Assembly: GCA_049296855.1 (NCBI GenBank)
Contig: JBAQTF010000010.1
Location: 108,610-172,609, forward strand
From: Minisyncoccia bacterium
GTDB taxonomy: Bacteria > Patescibacteriota > Minisyncoccia > Phycocordibacterales > DATDWN01
Length of the DNA stretch: 64,000 nt
Direction of reading: 5' to 3'
A program made the position numbers and the translations under genes. Shown here piece after piece: positions 54,907-64,000 of this stretch; within the stretch, counting starts at the first letter, position 1; the number at the start of each line of letters is the position of its first letter. The notes beneath the pieces were generated by a model, which made no database searches, had not been told where the DNA came from, and was given only the letters and a program-made list of their open reading frames with translations.

Positions 54907-56130
54907 ATGTCGAAAAAAACTATTATTATAATATCTACAGTACTCGGTCTTCTTTTGATATTTCTAGTTGTTTACTTTTTATTCTTTCAAAGTGGTCCAA
55001 GCACTCCTGGCGGAATAATTTCTGGATTCAAAAGTTTCTTTCCTTTTGGTGGTGATAACCTGCCTCCACCGACCCCCACATCAGAACCAACACCCACACC
55101 TACTCCAACCCATACTCCAAACACAGACTTTACCCAAAAGCTACGCAAACTCTCTACGAACCCCGTGGCTGGGGCTGGGATAGTGGACACCAAAGCCGGA
55201 AGTGTTGTTCGTTATATAGAAAAAGCAACTGGACATATATTTGAAATTGAACTTTTTTCTCCAAAACAAGGTCGTATTTCGAATACCACTATACCAGTAG
55301 TGTACAACGCTATATGGGGCAACAAGAACAACTCCCTAGTTTCGCAATACTTAAAAGATGACAATCGAACAATAGATACTTATTCATTAGCAATAAAAGA
55401 ACTCTCCACAACAACTGAAAACATTGTTTCCGGAGTAGCCCTACCTCTAAATGTAAATCAGGTAAGTGCTTTAGGTGACAGCATTTTCTACCTAGAGCAA
55501 CTAAAAGACTCTTCCGCAGGGTATATTTCAAAATTTGATGGAAGTTCAAAAAAACAAATATGGAATTCGCCACTCTCGGAATTATTATCTCAGTATGTAA
55601 ATACGAAAATAATAGCCCTAACCACTAAACCCCTATCAGATGTAGCGGGATATCTATATTTTGTAGACGCAACAACCGGACAAGTGAAAAAAATCTTGGG
55701 GGATATACTTGGCTTAGCCACTCTGGTAAACGGCTCTGCTTCGCAAGTACTTTATTTAAATCAAGAAAATTCTATTAGCTTAAACCTGTTCAATTCCAAA
55801 GATAACTCTAGAACAAACATCTCCCCGACAACATTTCCAGAAAAATGTGTCTGGAGCAAAAAAGACGAGTCGATTGTTTACTGTGCTGTACCGAAAGGAA
55901 GTCTTAATGGCGAGAGTCTGACAAATTGGTATAAAGGATTTATTTTATACAGTGACGATATTTGGAAATATGATCTAAAAAATAACACTTCGAATATTAT
56001 AGAAGATTTAAATAGTGACTCTGGAGAAAATATTGATGTTATAAAACCAATACTATCCGAAAATGAACAATATCTGGTGTTTATGAATAAGTTAGATAAT
56101 TTTTTATGGAGCTTGGACTTAACTAAGTAG
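54907..56130 (+). CDS. membrane-anchored protein with a PT-rich linker and a beta-rich ectodomain
   Basis: It has an N-terminal TM helix and the linker PTPTSEPTPTPTPTHTP. Confidence 0.45.
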   Translation: MSKKTIIIISTVLGLLLIFLVVYFLFFQSGPSTPGGIISGFKSFFPFGGDNLPPPTPTSEPTPTPTPTHTPNTDFTQKLRKLSTNPVAGAGIVDTKAGSVVRYIEKATGHIFEIELFSPKQGRISNTTIPVVYNAIWGNKNNSLVSQYLKDDNRTIDTYSLAIKELSTTTENIVSGVALPLNVNQVSALGDSIFYLEQLKDSSAGYISKFDGSSKKQIWNSPLSELLSQYVNTKIIALTTKPLSDVAGYLYFVDATTGQVKKILGDILGLATLVNGSASQVLYLNQENSISLNLFNSKDNSRTNISPTTFPEKCVWSKKDESIVYCAVPKGSLNGESLTNWYKGFILYSDDIWKYDLKNNTSNIIEDLNSDSGENIDVIKPILSENEQYLVFMNKLDNFLWSLDLTK

Positions 56131-56133
56131 TTA

Positions 56134-56853
56134 TTACATCACTATCGCAGATTTATGATACTTCTTTCGTATATATATCTCCTGACCAATGGCGAAAACA
56201 TTGCTTGTGATTAAGTATAGAGCAACGGCAGATGAGATGGTGTAAGCAATGAAAGCCATAAGAATAGGGAAAAAGTATTTCATCTGCATTGACATAGCTT
56301 TTGCTATATCACTTTGGGTGTCTCCAGGGGAACTCTGTGGTGTAGAGAAGCTTATCTGAAAATATGATGTTACACCTGCAATAACAGCTAAAAATAAACT
56401 TTTTTCGGCGATATCAATCAACCCCAAAAACATCATATTTGGCGGAACTGGAGAGCTGATAAATGAATATAATAAAGTACTGTCTATATTAGGAAGTCCT
56501 GATTTCAAAAAAACTTGGTATAAACCAATGAGGAGTGGGAGTTGAATAATGAGTATAATTAAACCAGAAAATGGGTTTATATTGTTTTCTTTGTAGTACT
56601 CCATCGTCTTTTTCGTCTGCTCCTCCTTACTATCTTTATGTTTTTCTTTTATTTGTTGTAGATCTTTCTCTATACTTTTCATTTGAAGTTGAGCTTTTGA
56701 CGCTTTAATAGACAGAGGTAACATTATTATTTTCACCACTATAGTGAAAATAATAATGATGATTCCAGCATCAAAAAAAGGGAGTAGCCCAACAAGAGCT
56801 ATAAGGCCATTGTATAGAGGTTTAGATATAATTGTGTGAAAAATTGAAGACAT
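56134..56853 (-). CDS. yidC: membrane protein insertase YidC/Oxa1 (short form)
   Basis: It has the 5-TM YidC core, and rnpA lies immediately upstream. Confidence 0.85.
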   Translation of the reverse strand: MSSIFHTIISKPLYNGLIALVGLLPFFDAGIIIIIFTIVVKIIMLPLSIKASKAQLQMKSIEKDLQQIKEKHKDSKEEQTKKTMEYYKENNINPFSGLIILIIQLPLLIGLYQVFLKSGLPNIDSTLLYSFISSPVPPNMMFLGLIDIAEKSLFLAVIAGVTSYFQISFSTPQSSPGDTQSDIAKAMSMQMKYFFPILMAFIAYTISSAVALYLITSNVFAIGQEIYIRKKYHKSAIVM

Positions 56854-56857
56854 TTGA

Positions 56858-57208
56858 CTATTCTAACACACCAGACTCTGAAAGTAAGCTTTTGACTTCT
56901 TTTTCAAGATCCAAAAATTTTGGTGGTTTATTGCTTTTTTTGAAAGAGAAAAAGCAGATAAACCCAGGTTTTATTATACTCAAATATTGACTAACTATAG
57001 AGTAACCTCTCCTGCGATATTTATTCCTATCAACCGCCTTTTTGGAAACCTTTTTGGAAACCGAGAAAGAAAACTTGCTGTCTTTTGAGATTGGAGAGGT
57101 ACTATCTTTTATAACATACATTAAAAGGTGAGGGGAGTTATATCTTTTTCCTTTAGAAAGGATATTTCCAAATTCCTTCCTTGATATTCTCCTTTTTCTT
57201 GGAAGCAT
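56858..57208 (-). CDS. rnpA: ribonuclease P protein component
   Basis: It is a small basic protein lying between rpmH and yidC. Confidence 0.8.
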   Translation of the reverse strand: MLPRKRRISRKEFGNILSKGKRYNSPHLLMYVIKDSTSPISKDSKFSFSVSKKVSKKAVDRNKYRRRGYSIVSQYLSIIKPGFICFFSFKKSNKPPKFLDLEKEVKSLLSESGVLE

Positions 57209-57214
57209 ATTATC

Positions 57215-57352
57215 TAGACTGTGCTCAGTTTAGCCCGGCCTTTTCTTCGGCGTCTAAGTAGAGTGTTTCTTCCAGTCTTTGATGAGCTACGAACAAGAAA
57301 GCCGTGAGATTTAGCTCTTTTTCTTTTTTTTGGTTGATATGTTTGAGACATG
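57215..57352 (-). CDS. rpmH: 50S ribosomal protein L34
   Basis: The translation is [45 protein letters not shown]. It is 45 aa, which is why it is missing from the ORF track. Confidence 0.85.
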
Positions 57353-57456
57353 ATGAATAGAGATTTGTACCATAATTACTGTTAACAACTTATACACATA
57401 TTATTAACATATCCACGACTTTTTAACAAGTACTTTATTTTTTAGTTTTCTATATA
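57353..57456. promoter_or_regulatory. oriC-associated region upstream of dnaA with DnaA-box-like 9-mers
   Basis: TTATACACA is at 57391-57399 and ATATCCACG is at 57410-57418. The region lies between the divergent rpmH and dnaA genes. Confidence 0.5.
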
Positions 57457-58806
57457 ATGGTACCCATGATAGAAAATAAGAAACTCTGGGATAGTGTTTT
57501 AGTTGAGATGGAATTAAATCTTTCTAAACCCAACTTCAACACATGGTTTAAAGACACTCACATAATCAAACATGAAGATGGCACTATCTATCTTGGAGTT
57601 CCAAACACTTTTGTTCAAGACTGGCTCGGAAGTAAGTTCCATAACTCAATACTAAAAGCACTACGTGGTATTTCTCAAAACGTTCAATCTCTACAATATG
57701 TAATTTCAAAAGATGAGGTGAAGGAAAAACAGACACAGGACAAACCAATTCAACAAACAAAAGAGCTACCAATCCAAGATACTTATATAAACAAGGAAGA
57801 TAACCTCAATCCTCGCTATACTTTTGAGAATTTTGTTGTGGGACCGTTCAATGAATTCGCTAATGCAGCCTCTCAAGCAATCATTAAAAAACCTGGGATC
57901 GTATATAATCCTCTTTTTATCTATGGTGGAACCGGTCACGGAAAAACACACCTGATCCAAGCTATTGGAAATCATTTAAAAAATTCGAGTAATAAAAAAG
58001 TCTTTTATACTACTTCAGAAAAGTTTTTTCAGGAGTATGTAAATGCACTTCAACTAAACAAGCCAAACTTTTTTAAAGAAAAATACAGAAAATACGATGT
58101 TCTTATTATGGATGACATCCAGTTTTTCTCTGGGAAAATGCAAGCACAGGAACAACTATTTCATTTATTCAACCATTTATATGAAAACAATAAACAAATC
58201 ATATTTTCGTCAGATAAACACCCCGGTCTCATCCAAGATCTAGAGGAAAGAATGAAATCGAGATTTAGTGCTGGTATGGTTGTGGACATACCCACACCAG
58301 ATAACGAGTCCAGAGTTGCTATTATCAAGTCAAAATCAAGTAATACAGCTTATCCATTCTCAAAAGAAGTTGTGGAGTATCTAGCTTATTCCATTGTTGG
58401 AAATATAAGAGAACTTGAGGGTATTATCAACTCTATTACATGTCAGTCCGAACTTAAAGGACGGGAATTGTCACTATCTGAGGTCAAAAATTTTGTAAAA
58501 AACAACACAAAACCCAAAAAATTAGCCTCTACTAAAGAAGTAGTAAAAACTGTGGCTGAATTCTATAACATAGAAGAGCAACTTATTTATGATAAAACTC
58601 GTAAAAAAGAAGTTATTAAACCCAGACAGATAATAATGTATATCCTACGTGAAGACTTTAACATCTCGTATCCTGCTATAGGAGAGAAGCTTGGTGGGAG
58701 AGACCACACAACAGTCATGCATTCGTGTGAAAAGATAAAAAATGATATGAAGGGTGATGATATGCTTATACAAGAAATAAATCAACTTCGATCTATTTTT
58801 GTGTAA
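57457..58806 (+). CDS. dnaA: chromosomal replication initiator DnaA
   Basis: It has an AAA+ Walker A motif (GGTGHGKTHL) and a C-terminal DNA-binding domain. Confidence 0.95.
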   Translation: MVPMIENKKLWDSVLVEMELNLSKPNFNTWFKDTHIIKHEDGTIYLGVPNTFVQDWLGSKFHNSILKALRGISQNVQSLQYVISKDEVKEKQTQDKPIQQTKELPIQDTYINKEDNLNPRYTFENFVVGPFNEFANAASQAIIKKPGIVYNPLFIYGGTGHGKTHLIQAIGNHLKNSSNKKVFYTTSEKFFQEYVNALQLNKPNFFKEKYRKYDVLIMDDIQFFSGKMQAQEQLFHLFNHLYENNKQIIFSSDKHPGLIQDLEERMKSRFSAGMVVDIPTPDNESRVAIIKSKSSNTAYPFSKEVVEYLAYSIVGNIRELEGIINSITCQSELKGRELSLSEVKNFVKNNTKPKKLASTKEVVKTVAEFYNIEEQLIYDKTRKKEVIKPRQIIMYILREDFNISYPAIGEKLGGRDHTTVMHSCEKIKNDMKGDDMLIQEINQLRSIFV

Positions 58807-59033
58807 AACATTGTTTATATTATGTTGATAAGATATTTATAATATATTAATAAATAAAGGATAGAGTGTGGACGACTTGTTTATTTATTTAAATAGTATT
58901 AGGTTATACACATAGATAACTAATTTATACATGTAGGTATTTTAAAAAAATGGCTTATAATATAGATATATTATAAATATCCACAATTACACACCTATAG
59001 TAATAATTAGATCTTAAAAAAACAAAAAATATT
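58807..59033. promoter_or_regulatory. oriC / AT-rich DNA unwinding region with DnaA boxes between dnaA and dnaN
   Basis: TTATACACA is at 58904-58912, aTATCCACA is at 58977-58985 and TTACACACC is at 58987-58995. The region is extremely AT-rich. Confidence 0.55.
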
Positions 59034-60134
59034 ATGAATATAGAATGTATTAAAGAAAAATTAGTTTACGCTATATCTAAAGCGGAAAGAATTACTGGTA
59101 AAAATATAACCCTACCAGTTTTAAGTTGTGTTTTATTAGAAGCTAATAATTCTTTATTAACTATTAAAGCAACAAATCTTGATATTGGTATAGAGATCAC
59201 TCTTCCTGTAAAAGTTATTAAACCAGGTGTTGTAGCTGTTCCTGGGTCAATTTTATATAATTTTATTTCTAATATAACAAATGATAAAAATATTATATTG
59301 GAAGTTGTTGGTGGAAATTTAAAAATACAAACAAAACATTCAGAGTCTATTATAAAAACTTTTCCTATTGATGATTTTCCAAATATTCCAAAAGTTTTAA
59401 ATAATACACCTTTTACATTTAATATACCAAGTTTAATAAAAGGCTTTAAGTCGGTGATGTATAGTTCATCCGTTTCTACAATAAGACCAGTTTTATCTAG
59501 TGTACTAGTTGCTTCAGATGGTGATAGTATAAATTTTGTTGCGACAGATTCATTTAGGTTATCAGAAAAAAGAATCGGAGTAAAAAAACCAAAAGAGTTT
59601 AATCAAATACTCATTCCATTTAAAAACATTCCTGAAATAATTAGAACGTTAGAAGATATTAAAGAAGATGTTAGTGTTTGTTTAAATGATAATCAAATAT
59701 CTTTCTCACACAATGATATCTACATAACATCACGCGTTATTGATGGTGTTTTTCCTGATTATAAACAAATTATTCCAAAGGAAACAAAAACTGAAGTTAT
59801 TGTTTTAAAGCAAGATTTTATTAGTTCACTTAAAATATCCAATATTTTTTCTGATAAATTTAGTCAGGTGGTGTTTAATATATCACCAAAAAACAAGACA
59901 TTTAAAATAACCACCAAAAACATGGATATTGGAGAGAATATTAATACTCTAGACGCTGTTATAAAAGGGGATGAGATTAATATAAGTTTTAACTATAAAT
60001 ACATAATAGATTGTTTCCAATCGATTGATTCAGACAGTATCTCATTGTCTTTTTCTGATGTCAGTAAGCCCATGGTTATTAGGGGTGTGGGGGATAAAAG
60101 TTTTTTGTATCTTGTCATGCCTATGAATAAATAA
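59034..60134 (+). CDS. dnaN: DNA polymerase III beta sliding clamp
   Basis: It has the three-domain clamp architecture and follows dnaA. Confidence 0.9.
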   Translation: MNIECIKEKLVYAISKAERITGKNITLPVLSCVLLEANNSLLTIKATNLDIGIEITLPVKVIKPGVVAVPGSILYNFISNITNDKNIILEVVGGNLKIQTKHSESIIKTFPIDDFPNIPKVLNNTPFTFNIPSLIKGFKSVMYSSSVSTIRPVLSSVLVASDGDSINFVATDSFRLSEKRIGVKKPKEFNQILIPFKNIPEIIRTLEDIKEDVSVCLNDNQISFSHNDIYITSRVIDGVFPDYKQIIPKETKTEVIVLKQDFISSLKISNIFSDKFSQVVFNISPKNKTFKITTKNMDIGENINTLDAVIKGDEINISFNYKYIIDCFQSIDSDSISLSFSDVSKPMVIRGVGDKSFLYLVMPMNK

Positions 60135-60149
60135 TCCGGAATAAATAGT

Positions 60150-60404
60150 ATGTTTAATATTCAAAAATATTTAGAAAAATTTTCTAAAAACATACAATCT
60201 TCTGAAATTTATAAAAATCAAATATTAGATATAATAAACGACAATACAGGGTTAAAATTATCGGGTGCTGATATAGAAATAAAAAACTATATTGTTTATA
60301 TTAAATCTGGAGTAGCTGTAAAAAATAAAATATTTATTAGTAAAAATAAAATATTAGAATATATAGAAAAGTTAATGCCTATAAAAATAGTAGATATTAA
60401 ATAG
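60150..60404 (+). CDS. small protein downstream of dnaN, possibly DUF721/DciA-like
   Basis: An 84-aa ORF whose position matches that of yaaA/DUF721 genes. The similarity to those families is weak and based on pattern only. Confidence 0.35.
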   Translation: MFNIQKYLEKFSKNIQSSEIYKNQILDIINDNTGLKLSGADIEIKNYIVYIKSGVAVKNKIFISKNKILEYIEKLMPIKIVDIK

Positions 60405-60412
60405 AAATATTA

Positions 60413-62572
60413 TTACTGCAAAATACCTTGAGATCGAGCCCATATTTGTACAGGGTATTCCCAGCGCTCGAATTGGGGGTCGTCTAGTGGATTAGTTGGA
60501 GGTGGTCCTCTAGGGTCATCTTTGTTTAACCAGTATAGTATTGAGTGTACACCACCAGAAAGAAGCTCAATTACTCCTTTGTACGGTATGTTCGGATCAA
60601 TGACGGGGTTTTGTATAACATTTGATATTCCACCTTGCCATTTTCCTCTAAGTACTGGTTTTAAGTCATAAGAGTCTTCTTTTTGCGGATTATTAAGAGT
60701 TTCGTTAGGTACTGTTTTTAAGACTTCATCCATAAAAGCTCTCCACATTGGAGCCACAATAAGACCAGACACCTTCTTGGCCATAGGGGTGTTATCGTTA
60801 TTACCAGCCCACGTACCAACGACTACACTTGGTGTATAACCTACAATCCATGCATCTTTATAGTTGTTTGTGGTACCAGTTTTTACTGCCACAGCACGAT
60901 CAGGGAAGTAAATCACAGAGTTCGACCCATAAAGTGGTGTACGAGCGACATTATCAGATAATATATCTGATATTTTTCTTGCTACCTCTTGATCTAATAC
61001 CTGGGTTGGTCTTAGGTTTATTTCTTCTAAAACATTTCCCTTATTATCTTCCACTTTTACAATACCAGTATAAGGATTTCTTATTCCTTCAGTTGCGAAT
61101 ACACCATAGGCAGAGGTCATATCTAAGAGAGAAACCTCTCCGCCACCAAGGACTAATGTAAGTCCATACGCATTTGCATCACCTAGACTTTTTATTCCCA
61201 TATTTGTAGCTAGTTCTATGGAATCTTTTATTCCGGCGAGGTATAGAACTTTAACTGAAGGGATGTTGATAGATTGAGCTAAAGCCTCACGTAAAGTCAT
61301 TGGTCCACGAAACTTATCGTCATAGTTTCCTGGCGCGTAGCATTTGTCATCAGTAGTCATGTCTTCTTTCGGACACTTAGTAGAAAATTGTGTCTGTAGG
61401 TCAAACAGAACTGTATCTGGTGTGTATCCTTTTATAAATGCTTCGGCGTACACAAATGGTTTAAAAGTAGATCCTGGTTGTCTGTGTGCTGTTGTGACAT
61501 TAAAGTTCCCATCTATTTTGGTGTCAAAATAATCCCTTGAGCCGACCATAGTCAATATACCACCAGTTTTTGGATCTATAGCTACAAAAGCATCATTTGA
61601 TCCATTAAAGTTTTTCTCATTTGACTCGGCGTACTGTTTTGCGACAGCTTCGGCTTTTGCCTGAAGTTCGTAGTTTAATGTTGTTGTTACACGTAGTCCT
61701 CCTTGTTCAAGTACATCTAAACCATACTTTTGTTCTAGGTAGTCTTTTACAAACATTACAAAATGAGGGGCTTTTATATTACCACTGGATTTTGGTAGAA
61801 AATTAACAACTTCTTTTTTTGCATTTTCATATTCATCTATTGTTATTTTTTTGTCGTTAAACATTTCTCTTAAAACTACATTTTTTCTATTATCTAAATC
61901 GTTTTTATGTGTTCCGTATGGTGAATAGTATGTTGGTGCTTGAGGCAGAGAAGCTAAATAAGCCGCTTCAGCTAAAGTTACTTCACTTGCGGTTTTACCA
62001 AAGAATGCCTGACTGGCTTCTTCTACCCCATAAATACTTCCGCCGTATGGATTTTCATTAAGATACATATTGAGAATCTGATCTTTATTGAGAATTTTTT
62101 CTAATTTTAAAGCTAGAGCTATTTCTTTTAGTTTTCTTGTTATAGTTTTGTCTCCGATTAATATTGAATTTTTAATAACTTGTTGAGTTATAGTAGATCC
62201 TCCTTGGGAATATTGTCCTGTAAGCGCATTGACAAAAAGAGCACGAAGAAAAGATGTCGGCTTAAATCCTTTATGGGTATAGAAGTCTTTGTCTTCTATA
62301 GAAATAGTTGCTTCTTTTAAATATTGAGATATGTTTTCAAGTGGAACGATTGTTCTTTTTGTGTTCTGGTAGATATCATAAAGGAGAATTTTTCCAGTGT
62401 TATCATATATTTTTGTTGACTGTGCTATTTTTCTTTCCTCTATTGTTTCAAGGGCAGGGATTTTAAAAGTAGATATCCATATAAGTAAAATACCGGTAGC
62501 TAAAATACCACAAGATAGCAGAAAAACGATTAAATTACGTAATTTATGACGCACTAAAACACGTTTTTTCAT
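60413..62572 (-). CDS. class A penicillin-binding protein (transglycosylase/transpeptidase)
   Basis: It has GT51 motifs and the transpeptidase motifs STFKP and KTGT. I chose the start at 62572 (MKKRVLV...) to avoid overlap with tyrS. Confidence 0.9.
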   Translation of the reverse strand: MKKRVLVRHKLRNLIVFLLSCGILATGILLIWISTFKIPALETIEERKIAQSTKIYDNTGKILLYDIYQNTKRTIVPLENISQYLKEATISIEDKDFYTHKGFKPTSFLRALFVNALTGQYSQGGSTITQQVIKNSILIGDKTITRKLKEIALALKLEKILNKDQILNMYLNENPYGGSIYGVEEASQAFFGKTASEVTLAEAAYLASLPQAPTYYSPYGTHKNDLDNRKNVVLREMFNDKKITIDEYENAKKEVVNFLPKSSGNIKAPHFVMFVKDYLEQKYGLDVLEQGGLRVTTTLNYELQAKAEAVAKQYAESNEKNFNGSNDAFVAIDPKTGGILTMVGSRDYFDTKIDGNFNVTTAHRQPGSTFKPFVYAEAFIKGYTPDTVLFDLQTQFSTKCPKEDMTTDDKCYAPGNYDDKFRGPMTLREALAQSINIPSVKVLYLAGIKDSIELATNMGIKSLGDANAYGLTLVLGGGEVSLLDMTSAYGVFATEGIRNPYTGIVKVEDNKGNVLEEINLRPTQVLDQEVARKISDILSDNVARTPLYGSNSVIYFPDRAVAVKTGTTNNYKDAWIVGYTPSVVVGTWAGNNDNTPMAKKVSGLIVAPMWRAFMDEVLKTVPNETLNNPQKEDSYDLKPVLRGKWQGGISNVIQNPVIDPNIPYKGVIELLSGGVHSILYWLNKDDPRGPPPTNPLDDPQFERWEYPVQIWARSQGILQ

Positions 62573-62609
62573 CTTTCGTATTTTACCACATATATGATAA
62601 AGTAATAAT

Positions 62610-63824
62610 ATGTTTGGTCTCAATAAAGAAGCAAATATAGACACAGATTCGCATAAAATAGATGAACTTCTGGCTCGAGGAACAGAAGAAATTTTTATAA
62701 AAGAGCATCTTCGTGAAGCTCTTCTTTCAGGAAAACAACTACGCGTTAAATTGGGAATAGACCCTACTGGACCAGCTATTCACTTAGGTAGGGCTATTCC
62801 ATTACGAAAACTAAAAGCATTTCAAGACCTTGGGCATAAAGTTGTTCTTATTGTGGGTGATTTTACTGCCAAAATTGCTGATCCTTCAGATAAATTGGAA
62901 AAAAGACCGATGCTCACGGATGAGCAAATTAAAGAAAATCTTAAGGATTATTTAAAACAGATCGGCAAGGTTATTGATTTATCCAAAACTGAAATTCATT
63001 ATAATTCTGAATGGCAAAACAAAATGAATTCTTTAGAACTTAGCGAACTTCTAGAGTGTTTTAGTGTTCAGCAAATGACTAGAAGAAGAAATTTCAAAGA
63101 AAGGTTAGAACAAGGACAAGATATTTCTGTGGTTGAACTTATTTATCCAGCACTTCAAGGGTACGACAGTGTAAAAGTGAAGGCTGATGTAGAAATTGGA
63201 GGTTTTGATCAGTTGTTTAATTTGAAAGCAGGCCGGACAGTCCAAAAAAAATACGGACAAAAGGAACAAGATATTATGACCCTCTCTATGCTTTTGGGCA
63301 CAGATGGAAGAAAAATGTCTTCCTCGTGGGGGAATGTGATTTCTCTCCTCGATAGTTCGGATGACATGTTTGGAAAGATTATGTCTATTCAAGATAATCT
63401 TATTATCCAGTATTTTACTTTGTGTACAGATATAACAGCTGAGGAAATTTCGAGTATTGAAAACGAATTATCATCTGGGACAAATCCAAAAAACATAAAA
63501 TTAAGATTAGCTAGAGAAATAGTAAAAATATATCACGGAGAAGAAAAGGCACAGGAAGCGGAGGAGAATTTTGAAAACACTTTTGTAAAAGGTGGGGTAC
63601 CAGAGGATATTGTAGAGGTTACTGTTGCAAGTGAGGTAAAACTAATTGATGTTTTAATAGCAGAGCAGATAGTGGTTTCTAAGTCAGAGTTTAGAAGGCT
63701 TGTTTCTGAAGGAGCAATAACTAACATGGGGACAAGTGAGAAGGTGATTGACTCTGAAACAAAAGTTTTCTCTGGAGTCTACAAAATAGGTAAGAGGCGT
63801 TTTATAAAAATTAATGTCCTGTAA
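62610..63824 (+). CDS. tyrS: tyrosine--tRNA ligase
   Basis: It has a HIGH-like motif (HLG), a KMSKS-like motif (KMSSS) and a C-terminal S4 domain. Confidence 0.85.
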   Translation: MFGLNKEANIDTDSHKIDELLARGTEEIFIKEHLREALLSGKQLRVKLGIDPTGPAIHLGRAIPLRKLKAFQDLGHKVVLIVGDFTAKIADPSDKLEKRPMLTDEQIKENLKDYLKQIGKVIDLSKTEIHYNSEWQNKMNSLELSELLECFSVQQMTRRRNFKERLEQGQDISVVELIYPALQGYDSVKVKADVEIGGFDQLFNLKAGRTVQKKYGQKEQDIMTLSMLLGTDGRKMSSSWGNVISLLDSSDDMFGKIMSIQDNLIIQYFTLCTDITAEEISSIENELSSGTNPKNIKLRLAREIVKIYHGEEKAQEAEENFENTFVKGGVPEDIVEVTVASEVKLIDVLIAEQIVVSKSEFRRLVSEGAITNMGTSEKVIDSETKVFSGVYKIGKRRFIKINVL

Positions 63825-63830
63825 CAAATA

Positions 63831-63855
63831 AACACCGCGTATGCGGTGTTTATTT
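63831..63855. terminator. bidirectional terminator
   Basis: The hairpin aaacaccgc-gtat-gcggtgttt is followed by atttgtt. Confidence 0.55.
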
Positions 63856-64000
63856 GTTACCAGAGATCTATATCGTCGAAACTGTCTTCGGGAAGAACCT
63901 CTTCCTCCTCCTCAGCAAGGGTATCGAGCGAGTCATCTTCTACAGGAAGTTTTTTCCCCTTTTTTTTGCCGGGGACCAATTCATCATCCAAATCTTCGAC
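63856..64000 (-). CDS. 3' end of a gene encoding a protein with an acidic C-terminal tail (...EEEEEVLPEDSFDDIDLW); possibly an SSB-like tail
   Basis: The reading frame runs off the window end. The stop codon is at 63856-63858. Confidence 0.35.

Noticed and set aside
43215-56130. Calling the T4SS-like block an integrative conjugative element or mobile element
   Set aside because: There is no integrase, relaxase, coupling protein, flanking tRNA or direct repeat, and no compositional discontinuity. The block sits between core genes next to oriC, so it is more likely chromosomal machinery.
62573-62644. Track start at 62644 for the PBP gene
   Set aside because: That start would overlap the tyrS start at 62610. 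The internal M (MKKRVLV..., 62572), which is followed by the TM anchor, is the likely true start.

Overview
This 64-kb window is low-GC and gene-dense, and looks like a Patescibacteria/CPR-like genome. Three things support that: L30 is absent between rpsE and rplO, S14 is the Zn-ribbon type Z form, and most genes lack a Shine-Dalgarno sequence. The window spans the chromosomal origin (rpmH-rnpA-yidC on the minus strand, then oriC, dnaA, dnaN). The first 20 kb is the str/S10/spc ribosomal-protein region, and it is unusually fragmented. Extra genes sit between rpsG and fusA, between fusA and tuf, between tuf and S10, and between S10 and L3. Each sub-cluster has its own TTGAnn-N17-TAGTAT promoter and its own hairpin terminator. 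The long intergenic gaps carry a family of conserved non-coding elements. The middle of the window holds housekeeping genes: infC-rpmI-rplT, smpB with an adjacent tmRNA, ftsH, a tRNA-Ile(UAU), recG, rpsO, comM, uvrD, ksgA, a LysM-M23 peptidase, a class A PBP and tyrS. The most interesting region is 43.2-56.1 kb. It is a co-directional block of about 12 genes encoding secreted and membrane proteins. It includes a VirB4-like ATPase, a VirB6-like polytopic protein, a TrbC/VirB2-like pilin, a PrgI/VirB3-like small membrane protein and a large repeat-containing surface protein. I read it as a type IV secretion/pilus-like envelope apparatus with no relaxase, coupling protein or integrase in view. 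All calls come from reading the translated ORFs and the DNA by eye. No database search was run.
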